In this document: one piece after another, positions 20,640-30,624 of the stretch
How positions within the stretch are numbered: the first letter of the stretch is position 1
Layout: the number at the start of each line of letters is the position of its first letter
DNA from: Cyanobacteriota bacterium
GTDB lineage: Bacteria > Cyanobacteriota > Cyanobacteriia > Thermostichales > Thermostichaceae
Assembly (NCBI GenBank): GCA_033764955.1
Contig: JANRIL010000028.1
Span: 1 to 64,000 of the forward strand
DNA length: 64,000 nt
Direction: 5' to 3'
The notes under the pieces: generated by a model
The model's database searches: none
The model's input: the letters and a program-made list of their open reading frames with translations, nothing else
What the model was told of the DNA's origin: nothing
Program-made: the position numbers and the translations under genes

Positions 20640-22949
20640 TCAGCTTTCCTCCTCGTCATAAAAACGACCTTCCCCAATTACTACCAAATCAATTTGCTGG
20701 CGATAATAGTCCACATTTTTGATCTGCACCTCCACCCGATCCCCTAAACGAAACTGCTTGCGGGCTTTGCGACCCACCAAAGCCTGTTGACGGCTGCGGT
20801 ACTCGTACCAGTCATTTTTTAATGAGCTGACATGCACCAATCCTTCCGCCAAAATCGGATCCACCTGTACAAAAAAGCCGTAGTTTTGAACTCCAATGAT
20901 CAAGCCGGGAAAGGTTTCCCCCAGATGTTTTTGCATAAACTCAGATTTTTTTAGCCCAGTCAATTCCTGTTCGGCCTGCTGCACCCGCTGCCACTGCGGA
21001 TTGAGTAAATCCAGTTGTTGTTGCAGATAGGCACGCCATTCCGCTACCACCTCATCCTCCAAAATCGGCCAGTCAATTTGGGTATAACATTGGCTGCTGT
21101 GCAGATTGACCACATCTTTTTTGGCGCGAGGAGTACGCCGATCCCTGCCCTTGTCAAACAGCAGGTGCAGGGAGCGTTGGTTGACGAGATCCCCGTAGGA
21201 GCGGAAGGGAGCTGTGATGCGACCCAAACCGCCCGCCAGCGATAAGCCAAAGTGCCCCATTTCAGCCGTGGGATCCTGCGGCTGCCATTGATAGCGAATG
21301 GGGGGTAGGGTGGCCAGGAGTTGGGCGGTCAAGGCAGGACTGGATCCGGTTGCCACCACCTCAGGGTGGCTAATACTGGCGGCTAACTGCTGAAAATCAC
21401 CGAGAGTTACTTGCCCCGCATCCGTCAGCACCGAACCGGAAAGATTCAGGTTAGTTGCCAAGCGCAAGAAACTTTGCATCGCCTCAGGACTAGGGGCAGG
21501 CTGCACCTCGGCTAAGAAAGGGATCCCTAAACGATGAAGATGCTCCCCGACGGCACGGTTAGCCAGCAATAGGGGTTCTACCATCCAAGCATGGGCTGGC
21601 CGGCTAGGGCTAATCAGGGGCACACCTACCCGATGGTCATCAGCCGCATGGGGGGGGTAGATATCCGAAAAGGGAAGGTCAAAGCCCTGGGCACGATGGC
21701 GTTGTTGTCGTAAGTGCTGGCTGAGTTGGCGCAAATTGCCCAGTAATGTCATCAATTCTCCGGCAGGCTCACTTGATTCCTCTGGAGGCACCAGCAACGC
21801 TTCCACCTGCTCGTAGGTAAGATGGGCGCGGGTTTTTACCACACTGGGATAGATCTCGAACCCCTGTAGGTTACCTTCTGGAGTCAAGTGCAGCAGCACC
21901 GAGAGGCTAAGCCGTTCCTGCTGGGGGAATAGACCATACTGCTGGTGTAATTCAGCCGGAAACAAGGGTAAAATGGCCGGATCCAAATAGACTACCTGAC
22001 AGCGCCGTTGCGCTTCCTTTGCTAGCGGGTGATCCCCTGGGATCCAGTGAGCTAGATCGCTAATGTGAACCCCCAGCAACCAGCCCTCCCCCTCCGACTG
22101 AAGGGAAATACCCGCGTTTGGGACAAACGCCTGGGGATGTTGCAAGTCCAGGGGTTCAATGGTGACCACCAGCCAATCTCGATAATCTTGGCGGTTTTTG
22201 AGTTCCGTCTTGCTGATTTTTTGCGGTAGGTCAGCAACGGTTGCTAGTAAATCTGCCGAAAATTGTTGGGGTAGATCATACTTGCAGCAAACCAGATCAA
22301 TATCAATGGATGTTTCAGGATTGCTCCCCAGCACCTTGCGTACCGAACCCAGGGGCAGCAGGTTAGCGAGTGGGTAACGGTTGATCTCGATATAGGCAAA
22401 CTGTCCGTCTTGCAAGTTAGGGATGTCGGTTGTAGCCGGATCCTCAACCAACTCCAGCTCAAACAACAGACGATCATCGAGGGGCTTAGCGCGAAATCCC
22501 TGCTCTCCTCGCTTAATTTCTCCCACAATCGTTGGATTTGCCCGTTCGATGACGGCGGCTACCTCTCCCTCTGGACTGCGCTTGCGATTGCCATCTTTGG
22601 TGATCCGCATCAAAACCTGATCCCCATTCCAAGCCCCGTGCAAATTCGAGGCGTGGATATAGATATCCTCTACCCCCGGTTCATCTCGAATGGCAAAACA
22701 AAACCCCTTACTGGAACAGCGTAGCCGCCCTACCACCAGACTGTCGTCACTTTTACGGCGGTAGGCATTATCTCCCACAGCCTCAATAAAGCCCACCTGA
22801 ATCAGCCCATCCAGGGCAATTGCCAATTCGAGGTGCTGTTCGGTGTGGGTAATGCCAAGCTGCTCTTGCAGGGTAGCTAGGTCAATCGGGGAGTCAGCAG
22901 ATGATGTGGCGAAAAAACGCTCAAATAATTGAGGAACAGAAAATTCCAT
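20640..22949 (-). CDS. RNase II/R family protein (Zam-like)
   Basis: Cold-shock domains (KGFCFAI..DIYI), RNB-like region, C-terminal S1 domain (YGFFV..EGLVHVSSL..FRLGDRVEVQI). Confidence 0.85.
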   Translation of the reverse strand: MEFSVPQLFERFFATSSADSPIDLATLQEQLGITHTEQHLELAIALDGLIQVGFIEAVGDNAYRRKSDDSLVVGRLRCSSKGFCFAIRDEPGVEDIYIHASNLHGAWNGDQVLMRITKDGNRKRSPEGEVAAVIERANPTIVGEIKRGEQGFRAKPLDDRLLFELELVEDPATTDIPNLQDGQFAYIEINRYPLANLLPLGSVRKVLGSNPETSIDIDLVCCKYDLPQQFSADLLATVADLPQKISKTELKNRQDYRDWLVVTIEPLDLQHPQAFVPNAGISLQSEGEGWLLGVHISDLAHWIPGDHPLAKEAQRRCQVVYLDPAILPLFPAELHQQYGLFPQQERLSLSVLLHLTPEGNLQGFEIYPSVVKTRAHLTYEQVEALLVPPEESSEPAGELMTLLGNLRQLSQHLRQQRHRAQGFDLPFSDIYPPHAADDHRVGVPLISPSRPAHAWMVEPLLLANRAVGEHLHRLGIPFLAEVQPAPSPEAMQSFLRLATNLNLSGSVLTDAGQVTLGDFQQLAASISHPEVVATGSSPALTAQLLATLPPIRYQWQPQDPTAEMGHFGLSLAGGLGRITAPFRSYGDLVNQRSLHLLFDKGRDRRTPRAKKDVVNLHSSQCYTQIDWPILEDEVVAEWRAYLQQQLDLLNPQWQRVQQAEQELTGLKKSEFMQKHLGETFPGLIIGVQNYGFFVQVDPILAEGLVHVSSLKNDWYEYRSRQQALVGRKARKQFRLGDRVEVQIKNVDYYRQQIDLVVIGEGRFYDEEES

Positions 22950-23216
22950 GGGCTTCTCAAACGGTAAATCTACTGTGAATTTGGGGAATCGAGGGGTAAA
23001 TCTCGGATAGGCAATCGCAAACCAATCCTCTCAAGTCATCGATCTCAAGCCGTCATGCGGGTATGGACAAGTTGAGAGGTCTGCTTGAAAGGGTCGCTCT
23101 CCCACCGGAGCAAAAGTCGTCAGGTGCGCCGGAGACATTACCTGTTAGGTTAGCAGTTAACCTGCTCCTTGCGTCATTAGAAAAAAGCACAAGCAACTGG
23201 AGTCGGGGGATCCGAA

Positions 23217-23876
23217 TCACTGCCGTTGACCGGTCACAATAAAAGCCACCCGTTGACCAATATTGGTGCTGTGATCTCCCAGGCGCTCTAGGTAGCGAAT
23301 CATTAACAACATCAATAGGATAGGCTCGATAGGTCCGCGAATATCCGATTGTTGGGCCAGCGTTGCGTAAAGACTGCTGTAGTCTTCATCCACGGCGTCA
23401 TCTTCCCGTTTAATCCGCAAGCCCATTTCCGCATCCAATTCGGTGAGCGCCGCCAGACTGTGACTCAGCATAAGCTGACAGCGCTGCATCATCACCTGAA
23501 TGCGCCTCAGCTCGAGGGGGGGAGGATAGATCACCATCCGCATGGCTACTTCCGCCAGATCTTTGGCATAGTCACCAATCCGCTCTAGGTCACGAATCAG
23601 TTGCATGAGGGTACTAATCAGCCGCAATTCTTGAGCCACAGGAGAGCGTAGGGCAATCACACGAATGCAGTCTTGTTCAATTTGACGGTAGTAATAATCA
23701 ATTTGTTTGTCTTGCTGGCGAATTTGATCGGCAGCAGCCAGGTTGTGTTCAAACAAGGATTGATAGGCCAAAACCACGGAGAATTCCGTCAGTGCTCCCA
23801 TCCGCAAGACATCTTGCTGAAGTCGTTTAATTTGAATATCAAGATCCATCTGCTTCATGGAGAAAACTCCCTTCAA
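23217..23876 (-). CDS. phoU: Phosphate signalling complex protein PhoU
   Basis: PVAQELR, DLERIGDYA, YLERLGDHSTNI; start may be the second Met. Confidence 0.93.
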   Translation of the reverse strand: MKGVFSMKQMDLDIQIKRLQQDVLRMGALTEFSVVLAYQSLFEHNLAAADQIRQQDKQIDYYYRQIEQDCIRVIALRSPVAQELRLISTLMQLIRDLERIGDYAKDLAEVAMRMVIYPPPLELRRIQVMMQRCQLMLSHSLAALTELDAEMGLRIKREDDAVDEDYSSLYATLAQQSDIRGPIEPILLMLLMIRYLERLGDHSTNIGQRVAFIVTGQRQ

Positions 23877-23973
23877 CCCCTCTTACTTGGGTAGGTTATT
23901 CAATTTAGGAAATGAGAAAGGTTAGATGTAAACTCAAAAATCTTAAAAAAAGAGTAAGAAAATAGAGAGGTTC

Positions 23974-23992
23974 AGGTTAAGAAAAGGGGAAG
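23974..23992 (-). promoter_or_regulatory. Possible Pho box (SphR site) upstream of phoU
   Basis: Minus strand CTTCCCCT-ttt-CTTAACCT: one perfect and one 6/8 unit at 11-bp periodicity. Confidence 0.45.
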
Positions 23993-24387
23993 TTATCTTA
24001 AACTAAAGCTTTTCTCTGGATATTTTCTCTTTTACTAGAATAACTCTCCCGGACTCGCTCTGTAACCTATGCCAACAATCTCTGGGTGAATTCGTACCGT
24101 TTTTGGCTCTCAGCCGCAATCTAGCCACCACCTGATCAACTTAGGCAGACTTCTGTGCTAGCAAAGTAGCCGGAACGATTCGAAAATTTAGCTCTCTGAG
24201 CGGTCAACTAGCCTTAGCTCAGCCTCTCTGGGCTGGAGATCCCGATCCATACCTATCAATATATTGATCGGTATTTGAAGCGAAAGCTTTCTATCACCAA
24301 AGGAGTTATGCAGCTCCTCAAAAAACGGGGAACACAGCCTGATATGGCTATTTTAAACAAAACGTCCAACCAGAAAATCGGACCGAT

Positions 24388-26397
24388 TTAAGAGGCAGAA
24401 GAATTGGTCTGAGATGGAGTTTGAGGAGCGGCTTGGGCGGGATCCTCGCCCCAAAATTGGGGATGAAAATAGTGATAGATCTGCTGAGCGAGTTTGGGGC
24501 CGATGCCAGCCACTTGCGCCAATTCATTGAGCTGGGCGGTTTGAATGCGGCCTATCGAGCGAAATTCTTCCATCAACAGTTTTTGGCGATGTTTGCCCAG
24601 ACCGGGAATATCGTCCAAAGTTGAGCGATGTTGGCGGACTTGCCGTTGTTGGCGGTGAAAGGTGAGGGCAAATCTGTGGGCTTCATCCCGCAACCGTTGC
24701 AGGAGTAAGCGAGCCGGATCATCGGCAGCCAGCTTGATGGATAAGGGATCCCCTGGCCGGAAAATTTCCTCTTCCCGTTTGGCTAAACCGATGATCGGCA
24801 GATGGTCTAGCCCCAGATCCGCCAGCACGGCACAGACGGCGGCCAGTTGACCTTTGCCCCCATCAATCAGGATCAGATCCGGTTGATCTTGGGATCCCAT
24901 GCGGCTAAAGCGGCGGCGCGCCACCTCAGCATGGCTGGCAAAATCGTCCGAATGGCCGGTGCGCACCTCAGGGTTACGAATTTTGTAGCGGCGATAATGC
25001 TGTTTGGCGGGTAATCCATCTAAAAAAACCACTTGACTGGCGACCGCATCGGATCCCTGGATGTGGGAAATATCGTAGCCCTCCAGTCGATGGGGGGGGG
25101 CAGGCAGATCCAACACCTCCGCCAACCGCTCCAACGCCTGAGCATCACGGTCGGCGAGGCGCTGGGTGCGAGCCAGTTCTAACTGGGCGTTGCGCTCCAC
25201 CATCTCGATCAATTCTGCTTTACTTTGGCGTTGGGGAGCCACCAGTGTGACCTTGCGCCCTTTGCTTTGGCTGAGCCACTCCTCCAGTAAATCCGCTTCG
25301 GGGAGGGGGTATTGGGTCAAGATTTCTGCGGGTATTTCGATGGGATCACAGTGCTGGTAATGTTCCTCCAAAACTTTTTGCAAAATCAGCGCCGGATCAT
25401 CCCCCTGCTGATCAGCAATAAAGCCCAGACGACCCACTAATTTGCCGGCGCGCACCTGAAACAACTGAATACAAGCGCGGGTTTCATTCATGGCCAGAGC
25501 TAGGGCATCCCGCGAAACGGTGGAATTGGGCAGAGAGACTTTTTGTGAGGATCCCAACTGCTCCAGACCGCGAATTTGATCCCGCAAGCGGGCGGCAGCC
25601 TCGTAGTTTTCCTGCTCCGCCGCCTGCACCATCCGTTCCTGTAAGGTGGTGATCAGGGCTTCCGTTTGCCCCTGAAAAATCATCGCGACCTGCTGCACCG
25701 TCTGGGCATAGTCGGCAGGACTGATCAACTGTTGGCAAACCCCCGGACAACGCCCCAGGTCATAGTTGAGGCAGGTGCGATCTTTGTAGAGGGGCTTCCA
25801 ACGCTGCCGTAGCGGAAAAATGCGTTTGACCAAACCCAAGGTGTAGCGCAATAACCCCACATCAGTGTAGGGTCCGTAGTATTTGTCGGCTTTGCGATCT
25901 TCTAAGGAAGGGGATGGTGGGAAGGGGTGAGGGATCCCTGGTTGTTTTGCTTTGCCTTTCGATTTGGCAGAAGAGGCTGAGGGGTGTTTTTGGCTATTGG
26001 GGGATTCGAGGCGGCGGTGCCGGGTAATCAACAATTGCGGATAAGCCTGCGACCAGGTGATACACAAATAGGGATATTTTTTATCGTCTTTAAGCAAAAC
26101 ATTGTAGGGAGGCTGATGGGTTTTGATCAGGTTGTCTTCGAGGGCTAGTGCCTCCGATTCAGTATCTGTGACAATAAACTCAATCTCACAAACCTGGATC
26201 ACCATTCGCTGAATGCGGGGAGAAAGATCACTGGTAAATCGGAAGTAGGATCTCACCCGCGAGCGCAGTCGTTTGGATTTGCCCACATACAAAATGTTAT
26301 CGCCGTGATCCCGCATCAAATAAACCCCAGGTTCAGCCGGGATCTCCTTGAGACGAGCCTCCAACACTTCTCGGTTTTGTAGGAGCGGTAATGACAT
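24388..26397 (-). CDS. uvrC: Excinuclease ABC subunit C
   Basis: GIY-YIG (PGVYLM..YVGKSK.LRSRV.SYF), UVR domain, [24 protein letters not shown]-terminal HhH. Confidence 0.96.
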   Translation of the reverse strand: MSLPLLQNREVLEARLKEIPAEPGVYLMRDHGDNILYVGKSKRLRSRVRSYFRFTSDLSPRIQRMVIQVCEIEFIVTDTESEALALEDNLIKTHQPPYNVLLKDDKKYPYLCITWSQAYPQLLITRHRRLESPNSQKHPSASSAKSKGKAKQPGIPHPFPPSPSLEDRKADKYYGPYTDVGLLRYTLGLVKRIFPLRQRWKPLYKDRTCLNYDLGRCPGVCQQLISPADYAQTVQQVAMIFQGQTEALITTLQERMVQAAEQENYEAAARLRDQIRGLEQLGSSQKVSLPNSTVSRDALALAMNETRACIQLFQVRAGKLVGRLGFIADQQGDDPALILQKVLEEHYQHCDPIEIPAEILTQYPLPEADLLEEWLSQSKGRKVTLVAPQRQSKAELIEMVERNAQLELARTQRLADRDAQALERLAEVLDLPAPPHRLEGYDISHIQGSDAVASQVVFLDGLPAKQHYRRYKIRNPEVRTGHSDDFASHAEVARRRFSRMGSQDQPDLILIDGGKGQLAAVCAVLADLGLDHLPIIGLAKREEEIFRPGDPLSIKLAADDPARLLLQRLRDEAHRFALTFHRQQRQVRQHRSTLDDIPGLGKHRQKLLMEEFRSIGRIQTAQLNELAQVAGIGPKLAQQIYHYFHPQFWGEDPAQAAPQTPSQTNSSAS

Positions 26398-26523
26398 AGA
26401 TAGCAAGGTAACAGAAGCAACCCATACGGACAAGGGATCCCTCGGTTGCCCCACCCACGGGATCCTTGTTCTCTGCTAAATAAATTGCAAATAAATGATG
26501 GAAATGGTGTCTCTCCCAACTAT

Positions 26524-26949
26524 CTAAATGGTACGGGTTGCACGGGGTAAGCTAGTCAGCTTAGGGCGGGTATGCTGAGCCGCTGCCAACTGAGTGATGC
26601 GCGGGGCTAGGGCTTGCTGGCTGGCTAGGGAGCGGATGCTGGCCGCCGTTGGGGTGGGTTTACTAGCTAGGGAAGAAGGTTGGGTAGGGGCAGGAGGTTT
26701 GCCAAGAAAAGGGGAGACTTCCTGAATAACCTGGGGTGCTGGCGGTGGAACGGGGGTGGGCAACGATTCCTTAGGCGGAGGGGGGGAGGCAAGGGTCGGA
26801 GCTACCACAGGCTGGGGTGGGGGGACTGGATCGGCAGGAGCCTGGGGTCTGAGGGGCTTCCGCCGCAATGGAGCGGTGGGAGGATCAGCAGGGGGAGCCG
26901 GATTGTTAGCAAACCAACCTTTGATTTTTTCTATCCAGTCTTTCACCAT
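26524..26949 (-). CDS. Hypothetical proline-rich protein
   Basis: ATG with upstream GAGGGG, amphipathic N-terminus (WIEKIKGWF), same strand as flanking genes. Confidence 0.6.
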   Translation of the reverse strand: MVKDWIEKIKGWFANNPAPPADPPTAPLRRKPLRPQAPADPVPPPQPVVAPTLASPPPPKESLPTPVPPPAPQVIQEVSPFLGKPPAPTQPSSLASKPTPTAASIRSLASQQALAPRITQLAAAQHTRPKLTSLPRATRTI

Positions 26950-27144
26950 AATCCCCTCACCCTTGCGTCAAAAGTGGATGGCCGATGTCCAGTTGCCAGC
27001 GATGGGAAGGAAAACTCCTATGGGATCCCAACCCTATCACCCCAACTATTGGCTATCCTAAGCCAGAAAGCGACTGGCCTACCCTCTCTCTATCCTACGA
27101 CTTCACTCGCGGTCACTGACTCATCTCCGCCGCTAGGCTTGAGC

Positions 27145-28242
27145 CTAAGCCAAAGCATTCGATAAATAACCCGCTAGAGCCTGCACCGAGGCGATGGCTT
27201 GTTCGTAGAGCATCCGCGTCGGCCCCAATAAGCTAATGCTGCCGAGGGGGGCTTCCCCACGATGGTAGGTGGTGCCAATCAAGGTGCAATGGCGAATCGG
27301 TTCCAGAGGATTTTCGGTGCCAATATAGACCACCACCTGTCCGGGTTGATGAGGGCTGAGAACTTCCCCCAATGCTTCCTGGTTGGTTTCCAAAAGTTGG
27401 GCTACCGCTTCCACCTGCTGAGTTTGGGCAAACTCCGGTTGCCGCATCAACTCCACCATACCCGCACTAAACAAAGAACCGAGGGAAGGCTTTAGGCACT
27501 TGCGGGCAATGGTTTTCAGCAGTTGACGCAGCCACTGGGCATAGGCGCGCCATTCGCGGTCGAGATCTAACCAGCTCAAGTCCTGAAGCTGAGCAAAGGT
27601 TTTCCCCCGCAACTTTAGATTCAAAAAATTGTTGAGCACCTGCAATTCTTCATCCGCTAGTTCCCCCTGCATCGGCCTAGAGTGGGATGGGGATCCCTCG
27701 GTTTCTCCATCCGATAACGAGACCCCAATCGAATGGGTTTGGTAGGAGTCTGTAACCACCACCACCATCACCCGTTGTCCCTCCAAACGCAGCAATTGCA
27801 GATGCCGGATTGCCACTCCTTCCGCTTGGGGAGGGGTAATTAATGCCATGCAGCCACTCAAACTAGCCAAGATCTGAGCTGCCCGCCGCAGCAGACTGTC
27901 GAGATCTTCACCCCAGTGCTCTCCCAGTTGCAGGGCTAATTCCTGTTGTAGGCGGTGGGGATTGGCGGTACTACCCTCTCCCAGGGCAATGGAGCGCAAC
28001 ACCCCATTCACATAAACTCGATACCCCGAATCCGAAGGAACACGCCCCGCTGAAGTATGGGGCTGAAACAATAATCCCCCCTGTTCCAGAAGCGCCAAAT
28101 CGTTGCGAATGGTAGCCGTGCTCACCCCCAAATCAAAGTTTTCGGCCAGAGACCTAGACCCAACCGGTTCCGCCGTCGCAATGTAGCTACGAACCGTTGC
28201 CCAAAGAATCTTCTGTTGGCGAGGAGTCAGGGTGTGTTTCAT
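27145..28242 (-). CDS. hrcA: Heat-inducible transcription repressor
   Basis: RQQKIL..YIATAEPVGS, ATIRND, QPHTSAGRVPSD.GYR, LGPTRM.Y. Confidence 0.95.
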   Translation of the reverse strand: MKHTLTPRQQKILWATVRSYIATAEPVGSRSLAENFDLGVSTATIRNDLALLEQGGLLFQPHTSAGRVPSDSGYRVYVNGVLRSIALGEGSTANPHRLQQELALQLGEHWGEDLDSLLRRAAQILASLSGCMALITPPQAEGVAIRHLQLLRLEGQRVMVVVVTDSYQTHSIGVSLSDGETEGSPSHSRPMQGELADEELQVLNNFLNLKLRGKTFAQLQDLSWLDLDREWRAYAQWLRQLLKTIARKCLKPSLGSLFSAGMVELMRQPEFAQTQQVEAVAQLLETNQEALGEVLSPHQPGQVVVYIGTENPLEPIRHCTLIGTTYHRGEAPLGSISLLGPTRMLYEQAIASVQALAGYLSNALA

Positions 28243-28683
28243 GGCTACAACCAGGCAGGGATCCCACAGGGAATGGAAGGAAGCTTAAATGAAACCGAAA
28301 GATAACTGACTGATGGCTTTTTTATGCAGGACCTCAGCCAAGGTCATGTGGTGATATTGTAGACGGTTTTTTTGAAGCCCAGGTTGCTAAACGTGGCAAA
28401 TCTGTCGTTGAATGGTCAAAAAATGTAACGTTTTGCAAATATAATGAATCATATTGGTTAATACCAAGCTGATTCAATCTAGTCCAAGGATCCCAGTCAC
28501 AAGCGTATCCTGGAACGCCGTTGGCGTGGGATAATTTGACCGTTCTCTGGTGTTTATGACTGACGTTGGGTTTGATCCAGTGCTTCACATTCGTATTGTT
28601 TGGTTAGCGGATATCGGGTATTTACTGCATGTGGTTCCTGAGCTTTTGTGCCCTCCTCTAGTTGCTCTCTGCGGGTGAGCTTG

Positions 28684-29559
28684 ATGACCTCCCTCAGCCA
28701 ATCCATCAACCTTTGTCGCCAGATCACGGCCAAGTATGCCAAGACCTTTTACTTGGGATCCTTGCTATTGCCTCGACCCAAACGCCATGCCATTTGGGCT
28801 ATTTATGCTTGGCTACGGCAAACCGATGAGTTGATCGATGGACTCGATATGCCCACCAATCAACCCCAAGTCACCCGCAGCCATCTGGAGGTTTGGTCCG
28901 ATCAACTGGAAAAACTGTTTGCCACGGGAGAAGCCACCCACCCCACCGATATTGCCTTTCGGGATGCCATTGAGCGCTATCAGCTTTCTATCCAGCCCTT
29001 TCGAGATATGGTGCTGGGTCAGCAGATGGATCTCGATACCAATCGCTACCCCACCTGGCAAGCCTTGCACCTCTACTGTTATCGGGTAGCTGGCACGGTC
29101 GGGTTGATGTCCTCAGAAATTATGGGGTTTGTCCCCGCCGAGGATGGAACCCAGGAAGCGGTGGCACTGGGGATCGCCATGCAATTGACCAATATCTTGC
29201 GGGATGTCGGGGAAGATGCGCGGCGGGGGCGCATTTATCTTCCCTTAGAAGATCTCAAGCAATTTAACTACTCGGAAAAAGATCTCTTTAACTACGTTGT
29301 GGATGAACGGTGGATAGCCTTGATGGACTACGAAATCAAGCGCGCCCGCCAGTATTATGCTGAGGCGGAAGCCGGCATCCCAAAACTGAGTCCCGATGCC
29401 CGCTGGCCGGTGGCGGCTTCCCTCATGCTCTATCGCCAGATCCTTAATGCCATCGAGCGCAACCAATATCAGGTCTTTCGTACCCGTGCCTATGTCTCGA
29501 CGCTGGGCAAAGCCTTAGCCCTACCGATTTCGTGGTGGAAGGCACAGTATCACTACTAG
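28684..29559 (+). CDS. crtB: Phytoene synthase
   Basis: YAKTFYLG, DELID, YCYRVAGTVGLM, LGIAMQLTNILRDVGED..RGRIYLP. Confidence 0.95.
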   Translation: MTSLSQSINLCRQITAKYAKTFYLGSLLLPRPKRHAIWAIYAWLRQTDELIDGLDMPTNQPQVTRSHLEVWSDQLEKLFATGEATHPTDIAFRDAIERYQLSIQPFRDMVLGQQMDLDTNRYPTWQALHLYCYRVAGTVGLMSSEIMGFVPAEDGTQEAVALGIAMQLTNILRDVGEDARRGRIYLPLEDLKQFNYSEKDLFNYVVDERWIALMDYEIKRARQYYAEAEAGIPKLSPDARWPVAASLMLYRQILNAIERNQYQVFRTRAYVSTLGKALALPISWWKAQYHY

Positions 29560-29625
29560 ATCACCCCCAGTAGATCGCTACTAGTCATTTTCCCCGCTAA
29601 ACACTAACTTTTGACCCAACCATTT

Positions 29626-30447
29626 ATGTCACCGCTTTCCCATTCCCCCGCCCAGGCTATCGTGACCATCGCCGCCGATAGCTTGACGGTCTTCTGGCGT
29701 GACTGGCTGGATCTGCGGGTGCGGGTTTGGCAGATTTTGGCTTCGGGGTTAGTGGCTCCCCTCATCTACATCATGGCCTTTGGGGTCGGCCTGGGGGGAT
29801 CCCTCAACACAGGGGCGCTCAATACGATTGCGGGGGAGTCGGGGGCGGGATCCTACTTGCGTTTTATTCTGCCCGGAATGGTGGCGCTCTCGGCAATGAC
29901 CATTAGCTTTGCAGGCACCACCTTTTCCATCTGCGGGGCACGTTTGTTTACCAAAAGCTTCGAGGAAATTTTGATGATGCCGGTGCATCCCCTATCCCTG
30001 CACATCGGCAAGATGCTGGCGGGCATGACCCGTGGCATGATTACGGCGTTGGGGGTGCTGCTAGTCGGGGTGTTGACCACCCAAGCCTGGGGGTTGCTCC
30101 ATCCCTTAGCTTTATTGATTCTGGTGCTAAATTGTGCGGTGTTTTCGGGGATTGGGGTTTTGATCGGCTTGAATGTTCCTTCTCTAGAAAGTGTGGGAGT
30201 GGTTACGAATTTTTTGATCACCCCTATGTCTTTTTTGGGGGCAACCTTTTTCGATCCGGCGCAACTGCCTTGGTTGATGCAGATTTTGGTCTACTGTTTA
30301 CCCCTCTCCTATGCCAGCATCGGGATCCGAGCGGCTGCCTATGCGCCTCTCAGCCAGTTTCCCTGGTATACCATAGCGGCTCTGCTAGCAATGGCTGCCG
30401 GACTCACCGCCTGGGGAGGGTATCAGTTTTCTCATCAAAAAGACTAA
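29626..30447 (+). CDS. ABC-2 type transporter permease
   Basis: About six TM segments, YL.FILPG, PMSFLGATFF. Confidence 0.85.
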   Translation: MSPLSHSPAQAIVTIAADSLTVFWRDWLDLRVRVWQILASGLVAPLIYIMAFGVGLGGSLNTGALNTIAGESGAGSYLRFILPGMVALSAMTISFAGTTFSICGARLFTKSFEEILMMPVHPLSLHIGKMLAGMTRGMITALGVLLVGVLTTQAWGLLHPLALLILVLNCAVFSGIGVLIGLNVPSLESVGVVTNFLITPMSFLGATFFDPAQLPWLMQILVYCLPLSYASIGIRAAAYAPLSQFPWYTIAALLAMAAGLTAWGGYQFSHQKD

Positions 30448-30624
30448 GTTCTCTTGATCTTTAATGTAAGCAGCGCAGCATAACAACCCGCTGGGGCGGA
30501 TGGGCGAAAGATTCTGGGTGTTGATGCAAAGGTTATCTATCGCCCCTCAGCTAAGCCGTTCAGCAATTGATCGACAGCTTAAGGGAGATTAGGGAATCGG
30601 TACTTCAACATTCCTGCCGGAGCC

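Noticed and set aside
28243..28683. CIRCE element near hrcA
   Set aside because: No TTAGCACTC-N9-GAGTGCTAA match seen
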